A DNA stretch of 50,339 nucleotides, counting the filler, from Catajapyx aquilonaris (taxonomy: Eukaryota): the NCBI GenBank assembly GCA_000934665.2. It is 2 parts of 2 records of this genome, joined end to end, with 100 filler letters (N's around TTAATTAATTAA, not from the genome) between each part and the next. Parts side by side here need not be neighbours in the genome. Positions count along the whole stretch, not along the records: positions 25,225 to 50,339 come from JYFJ02005425.1; 1 more part is not named here. The stretch is one strand, 5' to 3'. Each line of letters opens with the position of its first letter. Position 1 is the stretch's first letter. This document shows, one piece after another, positions 35,996 through 48,198 of this stretch. The translations under genes were made by a program, and so were the position numbers. The notes below the pieces were generated by a model. It was not told where the DNA came from, did no database searches, and saw only the letters and a program-made list of their open reading frames with translations.

Positions 35996-36842
35996 GGGAG
36001 CAGCTGAAAGAAAGCATAACGTCACAACCAATAATATAGAGAAAAAAAATTGCAAGTCGACATCGACATTAGAGCAACTCAATTGTTGGAAAACACGTGA
36101 ACGCATCGTCATTTGCCTAATGCTTCGTCGCGTCTATCTTGAAATAATTACAATCGTAATACAGCGTAATTTACCAAGGAAATATTGCTTCCAGTGAAGT
36201 CATACAAATTTTTGCAGCACTTCTTGGTTACCAAAATATTTGCACATTAATTTTTCGTTATATTTCACTCTCTAACAGACCCATCTTCCATGCCTATACA
36301 TTTAGCCTAAAGTATATTAAGCAACACTTTCGATGACTTTCGTTGGCTGTTTGACCTGTTAAAATGACCTGAACATAACTCACTGAAGGCAGCCTCGTTC
36401 TCCGTCCAACACCCTCCCTGGATTGGCAACAATATGTTGTTGACTTGATACAAAATGCCAACATTGTGTTATCTCCATGCATGTGTGAATGTGTCTGTTG
36501 TGGGTGCAAAATCAATATGAAGGAATCTGTAAATGACTAAGGAGGCACCACGTTTCACAGGAAAGGGCATAGGATGATGGACTCAGGTCATCTGAGGTCG
36601 CATGAGGACAAAATGGGACCAAAAAAACAATTAACTTTATTGTTGTAGATCGTTTATTTTTTGATGAGGCAACGTATCTAAGGCAATTGGTAAAGCCTTG
36701 TGTATGACCTTTTTGTACCTGAAAAAAACCAACACAATTGATCGAGGGCAATAATAATAAGTGAAACACCTTATTAACTCAGTGTCTGTATTGTTGGAGC
36801 AGCAGGCAATTTTAGCAGCTTATTATTGATACTTTGTAGTAG

Positions 36843-37560
36843 TTAAACGGTCCTTTTAAACTCATTGTAGAGGCATGTGACCAGGTTGTGATATCCAGAG
36901 CAGTCTGGTTTGGCAGGATCTACTCCTTCAGCTGTGGAGAAGAAAAAAAGAAATTAACAAAATGTTAATATTGCTGTTGACTTTCGACCTTTAGAGACAG
37001 CAATGATTGCTTACCATGCTTTACAAAGCAGGTTTCCATCCTATCAATTTTATCTGCGTATTCAGTATGCTTTTCTTTGCAGTCCTTGGACAGCTGGGAA
37101 GCAGCCTCCAGACTGACCCTTCCATCAGGGGTCAACTGGAGTTTAAAAAAATTCAAAATTAGTGACCACACTCGGATTATTAATAATTCAAAGTCTGCTT
37201 ACCACTTTGAACTTTTCCATCATGCACTTGACGATGCACTGCCAACATTTTAATAAAAATGTTATTAGTGGTCTTAAATTAATTTAACACTGATTACTGT
37301 ACCATTCCATGCTCGATCCAGAGGTTAAAGTTGCTTTCGTATTTTCCGTTGGGCCCTGCTATTTTGACAACACAGAAGTCGTATTCAGCCTGGAACTCGA
37401 TGGCATCTGGACACTGTCGAAAATTAATTGTTAATTAAATTTTTCGGATTAGTTAGCCTAATTTCGATGTGAAAAATTGTGATGATCAAACCTGATTGGC
37501 TAAAGACTGTCCCGATAAAGCTAGGGCCACCACCAAGATGGAAGCAACTTGAATCGACAT
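36843..37560 (-). CDS. Odorant-binding-protein-like gene A (8 Cys); exons 37492-37560, 37303-37413, 37203-37238, 37015-37135, 36843-36931
   Basis: MSIQVASILVVALALSGQSLANQ|CPDAIEFQAEYDFCVVKIAGPNGKYESNFNLWIEHGM|CIVKCMMEKFKV|LTPDGRVSLEAASQLSKDCKEKHTEYADKIDRMETCFVKH|AEGVDPAKPDCSGYHNLVTCLYNEFKRTV*; signal peptide plus the C-X3-C and C-X8-C OBP signatures. Confidence 0.88.
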
Positions 37561-38054
37561 GTTAGTCCTCTGCAATGATACTGTTCAGTACGTGTGCAAT
37601 ATTCATTTGCATTTTCGTCATACTCGGACACGAACCAGGAGGATGTGACCTGTCCTGATCTGCAATGCCATCTCGGGAGGTTTGTCAATGCGACTTGCGC
37701 AGATTCAAATGGCCCTATTGCGATGCTGATGAGCTTCCGGAGAGCCTAGTGTCAACAATGACGTCTGGACCACAATTGCATGCAACTGTGATTTTATTAG
37801 ATATGTGGGCTTCAATTATGACTCATTCTTATCTGTCCAAAGGTCATCTGACTGACGCATTGGAAACATGAACGCTTACTCCGCAGGATATTTCATATAT
37901 CTTCTGTTTGAAGCCCATTATCTCGGTAACAAGACCCTAAATTACATCAATTCGCCAATATTATATCTGAATAATTTAGGCTTAGAATTAATTCAGATGC
38001 GGAATCTGACTAGATTGAAGGTTTTGGAATTTTTCTCATGGAAAAAAAGTTTCA

Positions 38055-38230
38055 TAAGATCTGTCAGTCTGTCTGTGGACAGGTATCAGGGCCTAAACCG
38101 CATGAGATAGCAACAAACGGTTTTCGGATTCTGATTCAGCGGATCCTAAACATATTTTATGGACAACATCCGGTGACCTGCCACTTACGGTTTTCCGGGT
38201 TCACTCTATATCCGCCAAGGTCAAGTTACA
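38055..38230. mobile_element. DINE-1/Helentron-like dispersed repeat; second copy inverted at ~45825-45982
   Basis: ctgtcagtctgtctgtggacag…gattcagcggatcctaa…ggttttccgggttcactctat…ccgccaaggtcaagt matches the reverse complement of 45825-45982. Confidence 0.65.
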
Positions 38231-38548
38231 GTTTAAATTGGGTTCCTTGACAACCGGATTATGAGACTGATAACATTCTATGTCATTGTTGTCCCATTAG
38301 AATCGTATCGGGTTAGTCTCATTTTCTCAATGAGAAAAAGTATACTCGAATCACGCTGGTTTGATTTGCCAATCTTGTTTTATTGCTATCAAAAAAATAA
38401 CCTTCTTGCAAATATTCAGATGTCCGGGAAGAGTTAGTTTTTCACATATAATAATTAAATATGCAAATTGGGTGCATGATTGGACGCCATTTATTTTAAT
38501 GCTCCTGCCAAACGTGCGTACAATTCAGGCTAAAATGTGCCTCATTCT

Positions 38549-39412
38549 TCAGCTTTTCTTGAAGGCTTCAGCCATGCAGTCTGCTAGTTTGCTGTACCCA
38601 CCGCAATTCTTCTCCTCCGGTTTGACATCAGCGGCTATATTGTTAAAAAAAATTTATGCGTCATGTACATTTCATGTATAGCACTTCGGGAATAATAATT
38701 ATTCCCATACCATAAGCTACCATACCATAAGCATTACCATAAGCTACCAATAGATGCCATCAGCTCATTTTTCATGAAAATGGACTTAGGGGACTTTGGA
38801 ATCCCACTCTTCAATTGTCAAATGTACTTACAGTGTTGGTCGAAACATTCGTCTATCCTGTCGATCTTGTCTGCAAATTCAGTGTGCATCTCCTTGCAGT
38901 CTTTGGCCAATGAGCGAGCTTCCTCTCGGTTTATGCTTCCATCGGCATTCAACTATAATAATTAATAATTTAAAAAATATATTAAACCACAATTTCAAGT
39001 TGCAGTTGATGGAAAGGCTCTCTTGTTATGTCAGGTAATCAGGCCTTCAACAATACTTACGATATTCATCTGGCCCATAAGACACTTGATAATACACTGC
39101 AATGGAAATATTCCACATTTTAATAAATTTAATCATAATTAAAAGCTGGCTTAATCCGTCACAGTCTAGTGTCCGAACTGCACTTATTTGAGCACAACTT
39201 AAACCGCAATTAAAATTCAATTTTTAGCGCATGTGCCATTTTCAAACCGGACTCCAGGCCGTCACCAGATAAATTAATTGTTATTAGAGTTAATGACCCA
39301 TCCGTCAGTTAGCCAAAGCTCCATCGGATTCATCTTAAGAGCTTCCTTTCCTGCGACAGTTTCCACGCAGTGATTGTACTCTGCTGCAAACTGAATCTTA
39401 GTAGGACACTGC

Positions 39413-39484
<72 letters not shown>

Positions 39485-39553
39485 CTTGTTAGCAGTGGCA
39501 TGTTGAATAGTTAGTGTGAGAACAAGGAGACAGATCCTAGCATGAGCCTTCAT
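38549..39553 (-). CDS. OBP-like gene B; exons 39485-39553, 39298-39408, 39061-39096, 38832-38952, 38549-38634
   Basis: MKAHARICLLVLTLTIQHATANK|CPTKIQFAAEYNHCVETVAGKEALKMNPMELWLTDGW|CIIKCLMGQMNI|LNADGSINREEARSLAKDCKEMHTEFADKIDRIDECFDQH|SADVKPEEKNCGGYSKLADCMAEAFKKS*. Confidence 0.88.
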
Positions 39554-40315
39554 GGTGTGCAAATGCGAATTTTTTTAAAAACCAAGCCGTCTCCATCGCA
39601 AAATCTTCTTTAATATTTGGCGTATCTGGATTTGTACTGCGCAGAAAGAGTTGAGCCGGAAAAGTAGTAACAAAAGTTAACAAAAGCGGTTTATCGCAGC
39701 AGGAGTTTCAACACAGAAAGTTTCATATACAACCTATTGTGTGATATCTATTATATATTATGGAGATTGCATCGGATATGTGACTATTATGTACAACCAG
39801 TAATTGCAGTAATTCGTATGTTAATATTTTGTGCACTTGCATTTCACTTTTCAATAGTCGTTTTCAAATTTTAGGGTAAAAATTTTTGTACCTACACTCT
39901 CTAAAAAAATCTGAGTGGTTTTCCACTCAATTTTAGTGGCTTTTCACTCAATTTTAGTGGCTTTTCACTCAATATTCTACCCCCAGGATTGATTGCGGCT
40001 CATATTGAGTGGAAATCACTCGATAACGTGAAGTGAAATATTTTTTAACTCAAACTGAGCGATCATTTCACTCAAATTGAAATGACCTCTCAATTTATCT
40101 CAAACGAAATACGCAAAATAATAATTATATGTATTTCGTTTGAGTTGTGATATGAAAATTTTGATGCCAATATCAGTTAATGAGCCCAGTGCGAATGTTT
40201 TAATAAGCAAGTTGTCATTATTTTTAAGTACCACCATATTTTTTATTATTATTCAGTTTTACAAACATTACATTATTTAATTCATTACATGATTTATTTC
40301 ATCGGGAGAGTTTTA

Positions 40316-41144
40316 TTATTGCTTGAACTGAGCCACCATGCAATCGGTCAATTTGCCGTAACCAGCGCAATCGGGTTTGGAAGGGTCCACGTCTGCAGCT
40401 GTAGAAATAAATAAATAATAAGCAAATCATATAAATCGGCGAATATCTGCAAACAACATTTTTGGCGAACAAATATTTTGGCATGCTGTATATCCAACAA
40501 AACAATTGAGACGATTACGCGGATTTAACATTGTCTTCATCTCCTTGGTCGGTTTAGTACATAATATGCAATGAACAGATAATTTCCCATGTGTTAAATT
40601 CCCAATTTTCAGCATGTGTGAATACGAATGTTAATTGTAATTATATTGTTAATTACCATGCTGCTCGAAACACTCGTCCATCAGTGCTATCTTGTCAGCC
40701 AATTCGCTGTGCATATCCTTGCAGCTCTGCGAAAGAGACTTGGCCTCAGCCATGTTGATCTTCCCATCACTGTCAAGCTGCGATCATAATTAATGCAACA
40801 TTTAAACATAATTACTCGAATTCAAATAAGAAAAAAATTATTGATGCTCACAATCTTCATTCTGTCCATCATGCACTTTGTGATGCACTGTTTGGGGGAA
40901 AAAAATATGCAATGTTAGACAGGAAAGCAATAGATTTTTCTGATGAGCTGTGTACTGTCCACGTATTATGTTCGGATAATAAGATTAATTGACAGTACAC
41001 CACCCTGCAAGTACATACCCATCCATGTTCCATCCACAGTTCCATCGTGTTAGAAGAAATCGTTTTCCCATCTTTTCCAGCCACGTTTATCACACACTTT
41101 GTGAACATTGCAGCTAACGTCCCTTTGCTGGGGCACTGCAAAGC

Positions 41145-41218
<74 letters not shown>

Positions 41219-41322
41219 TTATTATTATTATTATTATTATTATTAGACACCTGGTTAGATGATGCTTGATGGACAGCAATAATGGCGGCAAGAAAAAGGA
41301 CAATGCTGGTGGACGTCTTCAT
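40316..41322 (-). CDS. OBP-like gene C; exons 41251-41322, 41019-41135, 40852-40887, 40657-40777, 40316-40398
   Basis: MKTSTSIVLFLAAIIAVHQASSNQ|CPSKGTLAAMFTKCVINVAGKDGKTISSNTMELWMEHGW|CITKCMMDRMKI|LDSDGKINMAEAKSLSQSCKDMHSELADKIALMDECFEQH|AADVDPSKPDCAGYGKLTDCMVAQFKQ*. Confidence 0.88.
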
Positions 41323-41449
41323 GGTTGAAGCTTGTCTGTTTGAATGGAAATGTGTGTAGCCTTCTGGGCAATTCTTCGTCGTATGTATAGCATTGTTATT
41401 TTGTTCATGTCGGGAAAGTACGGAGCAAGATTGTGAGGATAGTTGACGT

Positions 41450-41882
41450 CCAAAAAAAAACATCCTGCATTTGAGATGCAAATGAGTGGAGTTGCCCAAG
41501 TTGTGCTCATTGCACGCAATGCAGTGTATGACAGTCAAAAAGCAAGTGAAGCGCATATCGACGCGTTTAAATATATGTGCTTGTACACAGGATTGGTCAT
41601 GTCATCATAGTTCATTTTCTTCCATCCTGCAAGGTAATCAAGAGATGGGATGCCCCATTTGAACCCTGACCCCACTAGTTCTTCCAGAGTCGTAGGAAGG
41701 TGTTCGTCAGGCGGTGTGGTGATGAACTCCACAAGTTTGGTCCTGTATCCGCAGCAAACCAGGGTCGAAAACAGCCAGAAAATTCCGACAGTGAATCGGT
41801 GCAATCCATGTGAAGGTCCGGTCAAAGGTTGCTCTAGAATGATCCGGAAGAGGAAGGTCGTAGAATGTAAGAAATTAAGCAA
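41450..41882 (-). pseudogene. Ionotropic receptor fragment (pore/M2 and start of S2), truncated and frameshifted
   Basis: FLFRIILEQP…HRFTVGIFWLFSTLVCCGYRTKLVEFITTPPDEHLPTTLEELVGSGFKWG parallels the IR at 25227-26654. No N-terminal half and no final TM fit between the flanking OBP genes. Confidence 0.75.
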
Positions 41883-42004
41883 CTTGGTGCTCCTTTGAGA
41901 CGAATGGATTAGGCTGAGTATTGCTTTTATTGCTTACGACTGCTTATGACAAGAACAAGATTTTGTATCAATACTGATTGGTTTCGGATCAGTCCATTCT
42001 CTGT

Positions 42005-43264
42005 CTATTTTTGCCTCCACTCGACCACTACGCAGTCGACCAGCCTGGCATAACCACGGCACCCATCCAGGACAGGGTCCACATCCGCTGCTGTGAATTG
42101 AATAATTATTAATGTGCAAAAACTACACCTAATAAACAGCCTTGTTGCAGAAATAATCTATATCTACTGTAGACTTTGATTTAAACTCAACATAATAATT
42201 ATGTAAAAAGTGTTAGTTATAGTTACCATGATTTTCAAAGCAGAGGTCTATTCTCTCTATCTTCTCGGCCCAACTGGTGTGCATCTCCTTGCAGTCTCTA
42301 GCAAAAGAAATTGTTTCCTCGCGGTTCACTGTTTCGTCAGGATTCAGCTGCAATTATTAATTGTGATTAGAGTTATTTAAAATATAAATATTAATTCAAC
42401 AGGAAAAATGATCGCAATTGTAATTTACATGATATCTCCATCAACTCCATCGCACCAGTTTTCTAGTTGTCAACATTAATTTAAGAAACTCCGACAATAT
42501 ACCAAATATTTTATTAATATCACTATTGTTTTTTGGCACTTGAAATTATTTTAATGGGGCTTTTATTGTTATTTTTATTGCTTATTCTTCCAAACAAGCT
42601 GTTGGGGGCGACAATCCCATAAATTCGACAGTACTACCTATAGTGTGTACCCTTACTCCCCACATTGAAGTGTGTAACTTACATCTACAATAATTAAAAG
42701 TACTTACCAGATTTAAAGTTGACATCAGGCATTTGATTATGCACTGTACAAAAGAGAAGTTTGTGTCAAAAAAATTAATGAGAATTGCTTCAAAAAAATG
42801 AGCTGAACAACATTTAATTCCAATAACAACAAATTAGTCTATATGTAAGAATTTTTCATCGAATATAATTAATGTTAATTAATATAAAACACAACCCATC
42901 CGTGCTCCATCCATAGTTCCATGGAATGAGGTGCCGTGATATTTGGACCAGCGACGCTGTAAAGGCAGTTGGTGAACATCCCAGCCAGAGTACCTCGGCT
43001 GGGACACTGAAAAATTAAGAAATAAAAATATTACATTTTACGTATCATTACCCACAGAGTTGACAATACTTATGGTGACAACAGTCCTGGTATATGCTAA
43101 ATATCGTGCACACCGGATTACAGTTAAGTAGATTTTCATCAACTTATTCATGGCTATATAGTGCTGCACTTTACCAGTAATATTGGTCAAATAATTATTA
43201 CCTTATTGGCTGCTACAAGTTGAACTGCGAACACTAGAAGAATGAGACATGCTGATGCCTTCAT
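42005..43264 (-). CDS. OBP-like gene D; exons 43202-43264, 42896-43006, 42708-42743, 42227-42347, 42005-42090
   Basis: MKASACLILLVFAVQLVAANK|CPSRGTLAGMFTNCLYSVAGPNITAPHSMELWMEHGW|CIIKCLMSTLNL|LNPDETVNREETISFARDCKEMHTSWAEKIERIDLCFENH|AADVDPVLDGCRGYARLVDCVVVEWRQK*. Confidence 0.88.
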
Positions 43265-44085
43265 TGCTGCTTGCTCGTGACTGGAACAGTGGCAGTGCAA
43301 TTTTCATTTTTGCGAACATATCCGTCTGTTGGCTGAGGGATGTTATCAGGATTTATTTATTTTTTCCTTTTCAGAACAGGCCTCTGTGTTCACTATGCCA
43401 GATTCCGTGACTCCCCTTGCCTCAACTTGAATCGTATTGTAAATTATAGTGCCAGAGTGGTGCTCTGCCACACTCCAGAGCAAAATGTTGTCGAATGCTA
43501 CAATTTATTCATTAGAAAAGTACTGACGTCACAATCGGCAACAGAAAATGTCAACAATATAATATGGCTGCAATGTAAATGTCAACTACGGGTTTGTGAT
43601 GCTCAATGCTTATATTATGTAAGGCTGAATACATTACGCGTGCGACTTATGAGGATGATGTACTCTATTTTTTATTTAAATTCAATTCCTTTTCTGAAAA
43701 TGTAGGGGTTGTCCAACAATGGCGGAACATCGTTAACAATAACTCTGATGATTTACATTCATTCGGGCCGCACACCTGAGAACTGAAAGTTTGTAAATGA
43801 TTTTTTTTTTCGTAGTTGCTCTATTTTTTTTTATTACGATACAGCTTAAGTACTGTTCATAGTTGAAATCGTCATAACCATTGCACAAAATGTGATGCGT
43901 TACAGTTACAGTTAGAGTCGCGCCATTATGATTCTTACGCGTATAATATACGGAATATCCTGGTCCTCACGTAAAACAAATATTTAGCAATACCTGTGGA
44001 TTGCATGTGTTCTGTGCTGTACTTTTTTTTATTGCTCCTGCCAAATGCTGTAATTACACAAAATAAAATCTGCTGTAATGTAGGC

Positions 44086-45007
44086 CTAGTGTTGCCTGAA
44101 CTCGTTGACCATGCAGTCGACCAGACTGTTGTAGCCAGAACAATGAGGTTTGGCAGGATCCACGTCAGCGGCTGGGGGGAAAAAAACCATTTAATTTGAG
44201 ATGATTTTTAAAAAACCCGTTGAGGTCAAGTCACCAACACTGATGGTGCCAACCAGATATTTAATTTGCCAAAACTGTCCATGTAGTACCATCACCCTCG
44301 CACAGATGGCGCATCCTCCCTGCCCACTCCTGCCACTTGCGAAGGGTAGTGCGGTAGACTACATGCACCAAGGTAATGACTCATCCCAGACAAACAAACA
44401 GAAAGACAGTTTTAAGTATGAATACCATGCTTCTCGTAGCACTGGTCCACCCTGTCGATCTTGTCAGCCCAATCGGTGTGCTTCTCCTTGCAATCCTTGT
44501 GCAACGAAGCTGCTTCTTCTCGATTGATCGTACCGTCTGCGTTCACCTGAATCATTAATAATAATTAATAATCAATCTTCATAAAGTCACTAAATTAAAA
44601 ACGTGTTTTCAAAATGGAGTACTCACGATTTTAAATTGCTCCATCATGCACTTGACCACGCACTGAAATGAATAAGACAAGTTTTAATCAACGTCGTTAG
44701 TTGAGTCACTAATGAATTGGTGACAATGAATACAGACTGATCCGTGCTCCATCCAGAGTTCAAGGTCGGTCATACCCGCACCTCCGACCTTCTCTTGGCA
44801 GCTTTTGTACTCCGCATCGAACTCTGTCTTCTCTGGGCACTGCAAATTGTTTACAATTTTAGAAAAAAAAGGATTTGCGCACAGTATTAAATAAACCCGG
44901 TCCGGAACCGGCCCACTATTTGATTAAAGATTGACCTTGTTGGCTGCCCCACGATGCACAGCGATGGTGGCCACCAGGAAGAGGATGATGCAGGCAGAGG
45001 TCTTCAT
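44086..45007 (-). CDS. OBP-like gene E; exons 44936-45007, 44738-44839, 44627-44662, 44426-44546, 44086-44171
   Basis: MKTSACIILFLVATIAVHRGAANK|CPEKTEFDAEYKSCQEKVGGAGMTDLELWMEHGS|CVVKCMMEQFKI|VNADGTINREEAASLHKDCKEKHTDWADKIDRVDQCYEKH|AADVDPAKPHCSGYNSLVDCMVNEFRQH*. Confidence 0.88.
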
Positions 45008-45054
45008 GGTTGCAGCTACACTCGAATAAGTAAAGAGTGTCTGCAACATCCTGC

Positions 45055-45062
45055 CTCTTATA
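45055..45062 (-). promoter_or_regulatory. Putative TATA box (TATAAGAG) of OBP-like gene E
   Basis: ~50 nt upstream of the ATG; the same 8-mer lies upstream of gene G (50012-50019). Confidence 0.5.
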
Positions 45063-45530
45063 ATATCTCTCTCATCTGATCATCAGGAGGGGATATTACA
45101 AGGGGAAAAGGCCAGAAGGGGAACAAAATATGACAAAATGAAAGGGCAGGATGGGCTATCAGTTGTTTGGTAAAAGGCAAGGGCACTGGTGACCAGCCAG
45201 GGCGGGACTAGATCACATTTTGACAAGGTCGTTTTTGTGCCAGGTGCACGCAGCAATGTCACTACCAAGTCTGCCGATTATTATTCATCATGTTGTGGAC
45301 AGACATTACTTATATGTTTAATGAGCGAAAATAGGTTGCAATTTGAGGTCAAAAATTGTACAGTCGGCAGATATCTCAAAAAAATTTAAATAAAAATAGG
45401 AAATGATAATTTCATTCAAAATTGGCTTGGTCTGCAACTCTGTCCGCGGTTAGTCATCAGTAGTGCCATTTGTATGAGGGCATTACGTCTACAGTCGGAA
45501 AGGGGGGGGGGGGCATGGCAGGGTTGCCAA

Positions 45531-45710
45531 GTTTTTGAATGTAAACAAAGATTGACAAGAGTCGAGTCGACTCTTGTCAATCTTTGTTTACATTCAAAAA
45601 CAGGTCATACTTGGCATAACTTAGTACGTGTAAGGACAGGTCATACTTGGCATAGTACGTGTAAGGACAGGTCATACTTGGCAAGTACGTGTAAGGACAG
45701 GTCATACTCG
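45531..45710. repeat. Perfect 35-bp-arm palindrome followed by a ~30-bp tandem repeat (probable TE interior)
   Basis: 45531-45565 / 45567-45601 exact inverted repeat; then caggtcatacttggca…agtacgtgtaagga about 3.5 times. Confidence 0.8.
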
Positions 45711-46139
45711 TCGAGTCGACTCTTTTTTTTCATTGCCAATGAAATTCAAATTGGACAACAATGTCTTTGAATGTTGTCAGTCTCATTTCTCGTTGCCAAT
45801 AAGTGACCATTCAAAAGATTTCATGTAGACTTGACCTTGGCGGATAGAGTGAACCCGGAAAACCGGAAGTGGCATGTCACCGGAAGTTGACCGTGACACC
45901 TACTTAGGATCCGCTGAATCCGAATTCGAAAACCATGCTGTTTAGGCCATAACTGTCCACAGACGGACTGACTGACGGACAGGGGCCGTTCAACAAGACT
46001 TAATTTGATGAGAAAAATCCTAATAATGCAAGATTAACGCTTCTTAATTTCAACAATGCAACGGATTTTGATTTATTAGGCATGAAATTTATGACTTCGG
46101 ATACATGCGCTTCACATAAACGTCATACAAGTTGGCCCA

Positions 46140-47445
46140 TTACAGAGTCTCTACTTCCGAATAGTCCGGGACGTTGTTTCCGCCTCCGGGTCCAGGACGT
46201 CTAGGAGGGTGACGACGAGGAAGCAAGCAACCTACGAAGTCTTGTAGTGAACTGCAGTCTGAGCTGGATCGCATAGAGTCTCCTAGAAATCATAGTGTTT
46301 GTGTCAGAGTGTGTTCAGAAACAATTGTCATCAGCAATGTAAAGTGACAGACCATGTTGGTTGACACATTCTTGCGCGTTTTGGAAATATCTGCTCATCC
46401 TTTCGTGCTTCCTTTCGCAGTCTTGCAGGTGGGTCATTGTCCCTTCACGATTCAAGGTGCCATCTTCGTTAAACTGGCCGAAGAAACACAATGTTAGTAC
46501 AGGTATTGCTCGGGCTAATTGCATAAAATGAAACGACAATAGTATTTACTCACCAGACCCATTGTCTGCATGACACACTGGACCACGCACTGTTAGGGAG
46601 ACAAGAATCAAAACAAGTTGTGACATCTCATACGTACACTTAGCAGCCAGCTTTTGATACGTTGATACTTACAGCAGGGTCTGGCCGAGGTCCTTCAAAA
46701 CCCCGTTGACCTCCTTGTCTTTCCCGACGTGGACTGCGTACCTCTCTGTCCCTACCACCTCCCTCAACCGAAGAAGTGTTCCTCATGCATTGTCTTACTA
46801 CAGCCATCATCTCTTCTTTGGTATCCGGGCACTTAAACAGTAAGGAAATATTCGCATTGAGCAGCTGGCAACCAGTAAACTGTTTTCCTATACGTCATCA
46901 CTATGTTGCCTTAGTTAACATTATGTTAGCCTTATGTTAACCTTAGTCAAGTTGCCCTCAGTTAACACGCTTCGGGCAGGGAGCATATACTACATAAGAG
47001 GCGCAAACTTCGGTCAGCGCCATTGATTTCCGCGTCTCTCTGTTTGGGGCGTTGCCAAGGCTGGCGGCCATTTTGAAGTGGGGGCAACGCTAACGAGGTA
47101 TAAATAGGGTACAGGCAAAAATAGGGTCCGCCATCTTTGATGGTTTTGGCGGCCATGGCAAGAACACGCGCGAATCAAAGATGGCGGACCCTATTTTTGC
47201 CTGTACCCTATTTATACCTCGTTGGCGTTGCCCCCCCACTTCAAAATGGCCGCCAGTCTTGGCAACGCCCCAAACAGAGAGACGCGGAAATCGAATGTTT
47301 GCGCCTCAAATGTAGTATAATCTCCCTGCTTTGGGTTTGAATAGATGTTATCCTTCTGAAGACCTTTTCGACTCACCTGCTGGGCTGAGGCCATGCAAAC
47401 CATGGCAGCTACCATCACCAGAAGCATGAGTTTTATGCCGTCCAT
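46140..47445 (-). CDS. OBP-like gene F (extended loop and C-terminal tail); exons 47377-47445, 46673-46831, 46554-46589, 46353-46473, 46140-46282
   Basis: MDGIKLMLLVMVAAMVCMASAQQ|CPDTKEEMMAVVRQCMRNTSSVEGGGRDREVRSPRRERQGGQRGFEGPRPDPA|CVVQCVMQTMGL|FNEDGTLNREGTMTHLQDCERKHERMSRYFQNAQECVNQH|GDSMRSSSDCSSLQDFVGCLLPRRHPPRRPGPGGGNNVPDYSEVETL*. Confidence 0.85.
46977..47328. mobile_element. Palindromic MITE in intron 1 of OBP-like F
   Basis: cagggag…ctccctg, almost wholly self-complementary; flanks cttcggg / ctttggg (7-bp TSD, 1 mismatch). Confidence 0.85.
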
Positions 47446-47992
47446 GTTTGGTGCTGCGAACCTGCTTCGTGAGTCAGACAGAAATGGGACCGAACACCGC
47501 CCGTCTCTCTTTTTTGTTATAAGCCGGTGCGAGACCTTCGAGTGGTTCCTGTCGTGTTTGTTTTACAGCCCCTGTCCAAGGACCCTTGCTGGGGCCTATG
47601 CGCTGTAAAATGCTTCCTGTGGAAAGTACGGGCTTTCCAAACTAATTCACTCCCAACTCTGGGGGTTTTTCTCGCCATTTCCGCGTTTTCCGACACGATT
47701 TATTTCCATCCATCATCCATTGTTGGATGGAGGCCTGTGAATAGGAGTATTGGTCACACGAGCTGGGACTGTCAGGTGATGTGGATTGAATCCAAGGGCG
47801 AACTAAGGACTCGAGGGGTGTTGTTGTTCATACAAAATGGACAGTAGGTGTATAGTCCAAGAAAAACTTATCGATCAGCCGAAGACCAACTATCTCATCT
47901 TTATTCAATTAAATTTAATCGTGAAAATGTTCCCAGCCAAAAAGAAATTAAATAGAAAAAAAGCAAAATTATAATTTAATGTCAACGATATT

Positions 47993-48198
47993 ACTATATT
48001 AGCAGGATACCCGTTCTTCGCACAGAAAAAAAGGTTGTAAAACCTGCGGGATGGCAGCCCCGTTGCCATGGACAGCAGTTGCTATGGTCACCCCGTTTCT
48101 ATGGCAACCCGTTGCCATGGTATGGTACGGTGGTATAGATGGGAGGGGCGGTAGAGAAATGGGACATACCGACAAACTTTGCCTTTCATATGTAAGAT
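47993..48198 (+). mobile_element. Helitron/DINE-like repeat, copy 2
   Basis: Shares agcaggatacccgttcttcgcac and gggacataccgacaaac with 1426-1639. Confidence 0.6.

Noticed and set aside
39274..41556. Poly-Leu, poly-Ile and poly-Asn ORFs
   Set aside because: Translations through intronic (AAT/ATT)n microsatellites of OBP-like genes B and C.
45601..45710. CRISPR-like array
   Set aside because: The inter-repeat sequences are near-identical (simple tandem repeat), the context is eukaryotic, and there are no cas genes.
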